A DNA stretch of 64,000 bases, taken from positions 37,820,001-37,884,000 of the forward strand of contig CM114271.1 in assembly GCA_050084515.1 (NCBI GenBank), written 5' to 3'. The translations under genes were made by a program, and so were the position numbers. Each line of letters begins with the position of its first letter. Position 1 is the stretch's first letter. The notes below the pieces were generated by a model. The model did not search any database. It was not told the origin of the DNA and saw only the letters and a program-made list of their open reading frames with translations. Positions 60,401 through 64,000 of the stretch are shown one piece after another. This DNA is from Blasia pusilla. Its lineage: Eukaryota.

Positions 60401-62640
60401 CGATGTGTATTGTTTCTAGTTGATACACCGTGTATTTTTTTGCACATCTTGTCTCGATCATCACTTTATTCTTAAGTACAAACTTTCTCAAGCGATACTA
60501 TGGAGACTCTATAGTTTCTTGGTTGACTTCCTTGGATCTCCCCAAGGACTCAATGGACCCGAAGAAATATCCTTTGTTTGATCCTTGTGAGATTTCTGTA
60601 GAGAGTCAATTAAGTCATCCCCAAAGTCAAGACCCTTTAAAAAGGCTTAATTTAGAATCCCAAGCCGGTCTTTTCATGATGTCCAACTTTAAGGTTTCTT
60701 TTGTATATTAAAGGTTGATTGTCCCTTGTTTGTGGTAGCACTTCGTCCAAGTTGAAGTTCTATTTGATATGCTCTTCTTGAGAAAGAGGAGACCATTTCT
60801 TGCTCTCTAGGGGTGTTGGAGTTGCACTCTTTATGCCATAGTGTTCTTGGATGGACACACATTGGCACTGATAGCCTTCCCTCTTCTATGTATGGATTTC
60901 ATTTATGTGCTTATCATCGCAGTGTTTCTTATTACGTCATGGATTTGAGTGACCTTTTCTTGTTCAATACAACTATAGAGTCAGGAGAAAAGCTAGAGAG
61001 CAAGAGCTAGAGCTAGAGATCCAATAGCAAAGTTGGAGCGGCCCAAGAAGACTTTCCCAAGGGGGGGGGCAGGTCAGAGGGCCCTAGAAGTATATATAAG
61101 GGGATCTGAGCTCTACTTTGAGTAGCCACAAGGCTAATCGAGGGCACGGAATGGACCAAGGGCAAGAGAGTAAATTTCAAAGGCCCCCCTTGGATTCCAA
61201 CTATGACTTAGTTACTGGTTCTCATGGTTAGGGACTCATGCAAAATCCATTAGACAATTGGAACGGTTAGGCTTGTGAGCCTCGTTTTAGGTGCCTTGAG
61301 TATCTAGAAAGTTTGTCCCAAGTCTAGAAAGATCCGCCCGTATTGGGAAGTGAAGAGTTAGGACCTATTAAGCTTGATGCATGGCTGAGTTGAAAAATTG
61401 GAAGGCTGGTGGACTCAAACCAAGTCTAATTTGAGAGTGTGTTTAGATGCAAATCAACAAAGTGAGCATGACCTTCTAAATATATGCTTCCGCAACATCT
61501 AAAATTGACGTTCAAAAGGAGTAGGTGCACGATAGAGGGGATGATAGCAGACCCAAGTACAGATTAAGGATTGAACAATCTAAAATGTATTGCAAACAAA
61601 GCGTAATCAAAATGCTCAAAGAATGCAGTTTTTGACCCTAGTTTAGAATGACCTTGCTGACTTGGGCCCCATAGTCGTGTATGCTTCCCGCGGACTAAAA
61701 AGAAAATTTGGCTGAATCTGGGGTTATGAGTAATCATAGTTGGTTAAAATTGGTTTTGGTAAAACAATGGCAAGATTGGGAGTTCCAAAATGGTAAAATG
61801 AATTTGAAATCCAATTTTACTATTCCACGCTATGAAATACCAGTTCCCATTCTTGCTTCAGTCCACAACGAATATGCTCAAAAATTCAAAAATGTGTTAT
61901 TTTACAAAATTGAGCTTTTAATAATGTAAAAATATTTTTAATTTCAATACTAACTAGTATGCGTCCGTTATAGGAAAAGAAAGGCATTATAAAGGGGCTC
62001 ATGGAGGGAATAAATGAAATATATGGGGGAGTTTGGTAAGAATGGGAAGGGGGCTGGTATTTTGGCAGGAGAGAGTAAGAGAGGAGAGGAAGAGAGAAAG
62101 AGAGGAGAGTCTCTCTTAAAAAAAAAAGGGAGAGTCCGCCTCCTCTCTTCTAAAATTTCATTTGTTTCTTTATAAGTTTTTCTCTTTGAAATGCTAAAAA
62201 ACTTTAGAAGAGAGTAACAAGTGGACTAGATTGGGTCATAAACTAACCTCGTTTTTCCAGGCTTCAATCCTAAACTAGACACACCAAGACCAAGTAAGCC
62301 GTGGTCTGTATATACTACTTACATCACTCTATATGCTAGCCAAGACTTTCACTACTAATAGATGGGATTTATTTTCTCCTAGGACATTCTTGGAGATTGA
62401 CAAACACGATAGCAAATTTGGTGAGTTTATTAGAAAAGGGATGGGTTTGAATATTTCCAATTATGACTCAGACTTCTCTGAGGCCACGAATCAGTCGTCT
62501 ATGTTGGCTGAGCAATGGGTATATGGAGTGTCTATGATGGTGATGGGTGTTTGGAAAGTTTAGGGTTTAGCGTTTAAACACATCAGTCTGAGGTAAAGAA
62601 AGCGATCCTTAAGGCCTACATGGAAGGACTACGAGGAAAA
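60401..62640. repeat. Nested unclassified LTR-like repeats (duplicate of 26412-28700)
   Basis: Colinear with 26412-28700. Confidence 0.45.
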
Positions 62641-62659
62641 TAAAGGCAATCAACCTTTC

Positions 62660-63325
62660 ATCTTGTCGGAATCCGACAGGTTGGTAGACGTCAAGATTCC
62701 ATAAAATCTAATGACGAAACAAGTGGAGAGAATGAAATGAAGGTAATGCATCATCCTTCCATGCAACCTGTCGGAATCCGACAGGTTTAGATGCTGATTG
62801 CTCCCATTTTACTCTAAGTCCTTCCTTGTAGATCTGTGTCCTCTCTTCATGCAACTTGTCGGACTCTGATAGGTTGCATGATAGATGAAGTTTGAATCTA
62901 AGAAGAACAACAGGAATGAAGCCTCCCAACCTGAGGCATGCCAACCTGTGAGAATGCAATAGGTTTCAGAAAATAACGCCTGAGTGAGGAATGGTTTGAA
63001 GGAAATGGGGGAACAAGGCGAGGGTCCACAAGCCAGCCAGAATGCCTGAAAGGATTGTGGTGGCACAAGAAAAGAAAAATTAGTCAAGTAGACAACCTGT
63101 CGAGATCCAACCGGGTGGAGAACGTTAAATTGGGAAAATGCAGCAGCCAATCAATTTGACATGCAACCTGTCTGAATCCGACAGGTTTCCTGAATGGATC
63201 ATAGAGAAAGAGGTTTAAAAAAATATGAGCATCCCGTAAGCAATAAATCCCACAACTTGTCGGAATCCAATAGGTTGCAAGCATGGTCTTTGGTTTGCAA
63301 CCCTGTTTAACTCGACGGGTTGCTC
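62660..63325. repeat. Palindrome cluster (duplicate of 28725-29375)
   Basis: e.g. tgcaacctgtcggaatccgacaggttt (62762). Confidence 0.75.
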
Positions 63326-63486
63326 AATGAAGACCGTTCAACATAGAGGAATCGCAACCGAGACACACAAGTACCACTACTTAGAAGACACATCAAGAAC
63401 ATTAATATCCTTAAAAAAAATGGAAGTCCTTTATTATATCCTAGGGAAACTCGGAAATTTACATTTGTTCATAGAATCCAACAACT

Positions 63487-64000
63487 CTAGTCTATGATTT
63501 CCTTAGCCTTGTCATCTCAAATTTACTCCTAACTCTCCTTGGTTCCTGTACAAGAGGAATGTCTTGGGATACTAGTGGCTCATCTGGCCGATTGTAGATG
63601 GGGATTGAGAATGTAGGAGAAGTTGATAGCCTTGCCTCCCCCCCCTAGGTACACCATATCGGTCCCATGTGTGATTTTAAGAGTCCCAACGCCTTCCCCG
63701 TAAAAACATCTTGTATGCTCCGCAAGGTGACATCTATCCACTATCAATATGTACTTCATCACTTGAAACCACCAAATCCCTATTCCAAAACACTTGAATC
63801 AATTGAACCCGATAAATGCAGTGAACTCACTCATCATCTTCTGAGAGCTCCTCCAAAATGATTGCCGGCCTTGCCCTGCCGATTTTTGGAATGACAGGAA
63901 GGGAAGATGGCGTCACTACCAATGGGTCTACTGTTGGTTGGAGTAGTTGCCTTTTGAGGTGAGTTGTAGACTCCCACAAGCCTTTCGTAATCCACCTTTG
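63487..64000 (-). pseudogene. C-terminal tail of the MTase-like exon, copy 2 (MTase core predicted just beyond the window edge)
   Basis: Colinear with 29537-30048; the window ends ~35 nt before the GRNILSIE-equivalent position. Confidence 0.6.

Overview
Eukaryotic DNA from a land plant, most likely a bryophyte (inferred from GT-AG introns, Bet v 1/PR-10 genes, Helitron/Copia/RLE-LINE debris and CpG decay). No rRNA, tRNA or CRISPR is supported. The backbone is a tandem array of head-to-head Bet v 1/PR-10-like gene pairs. There are three near-intact pairs (0.3-2.2, 9.05-11.8 and 34.3-37.0 kb) and a collapsed, pseudogenised fourth pair present in two copies (~23.4-24.0 and ~48.6-49.8 kb). Region ~8.1-30 kb is duplicated at ~33.2-64 kb, including a dead Helitron and a Copia 3' end. 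The most interesting signal is largely missed by the ORF track: a decayed composite DNA transposon (~52.4-64 kb; partial copy 24.0-31.1 kb). It combines (i) a Mutator/MULE-type transposase with a GCM-like Zn domain, (ii) a divergent spliced gene with a ParB/Srx-like domain (WDGNHR), (iii) an inverted exon resembling the SAM-binding half of a bacterial-type N4C/N6A DNA methyltransferase, and (iv) dozens of copies of a 29-bp palindrome, TGCAACCCGTCGGA-N-TCCGACGGGTTGCA, found in the element's introns, intergenic spacer and 3' flank. All translations and alignments were done by eye; family assignments need HMM or structure confirmation.
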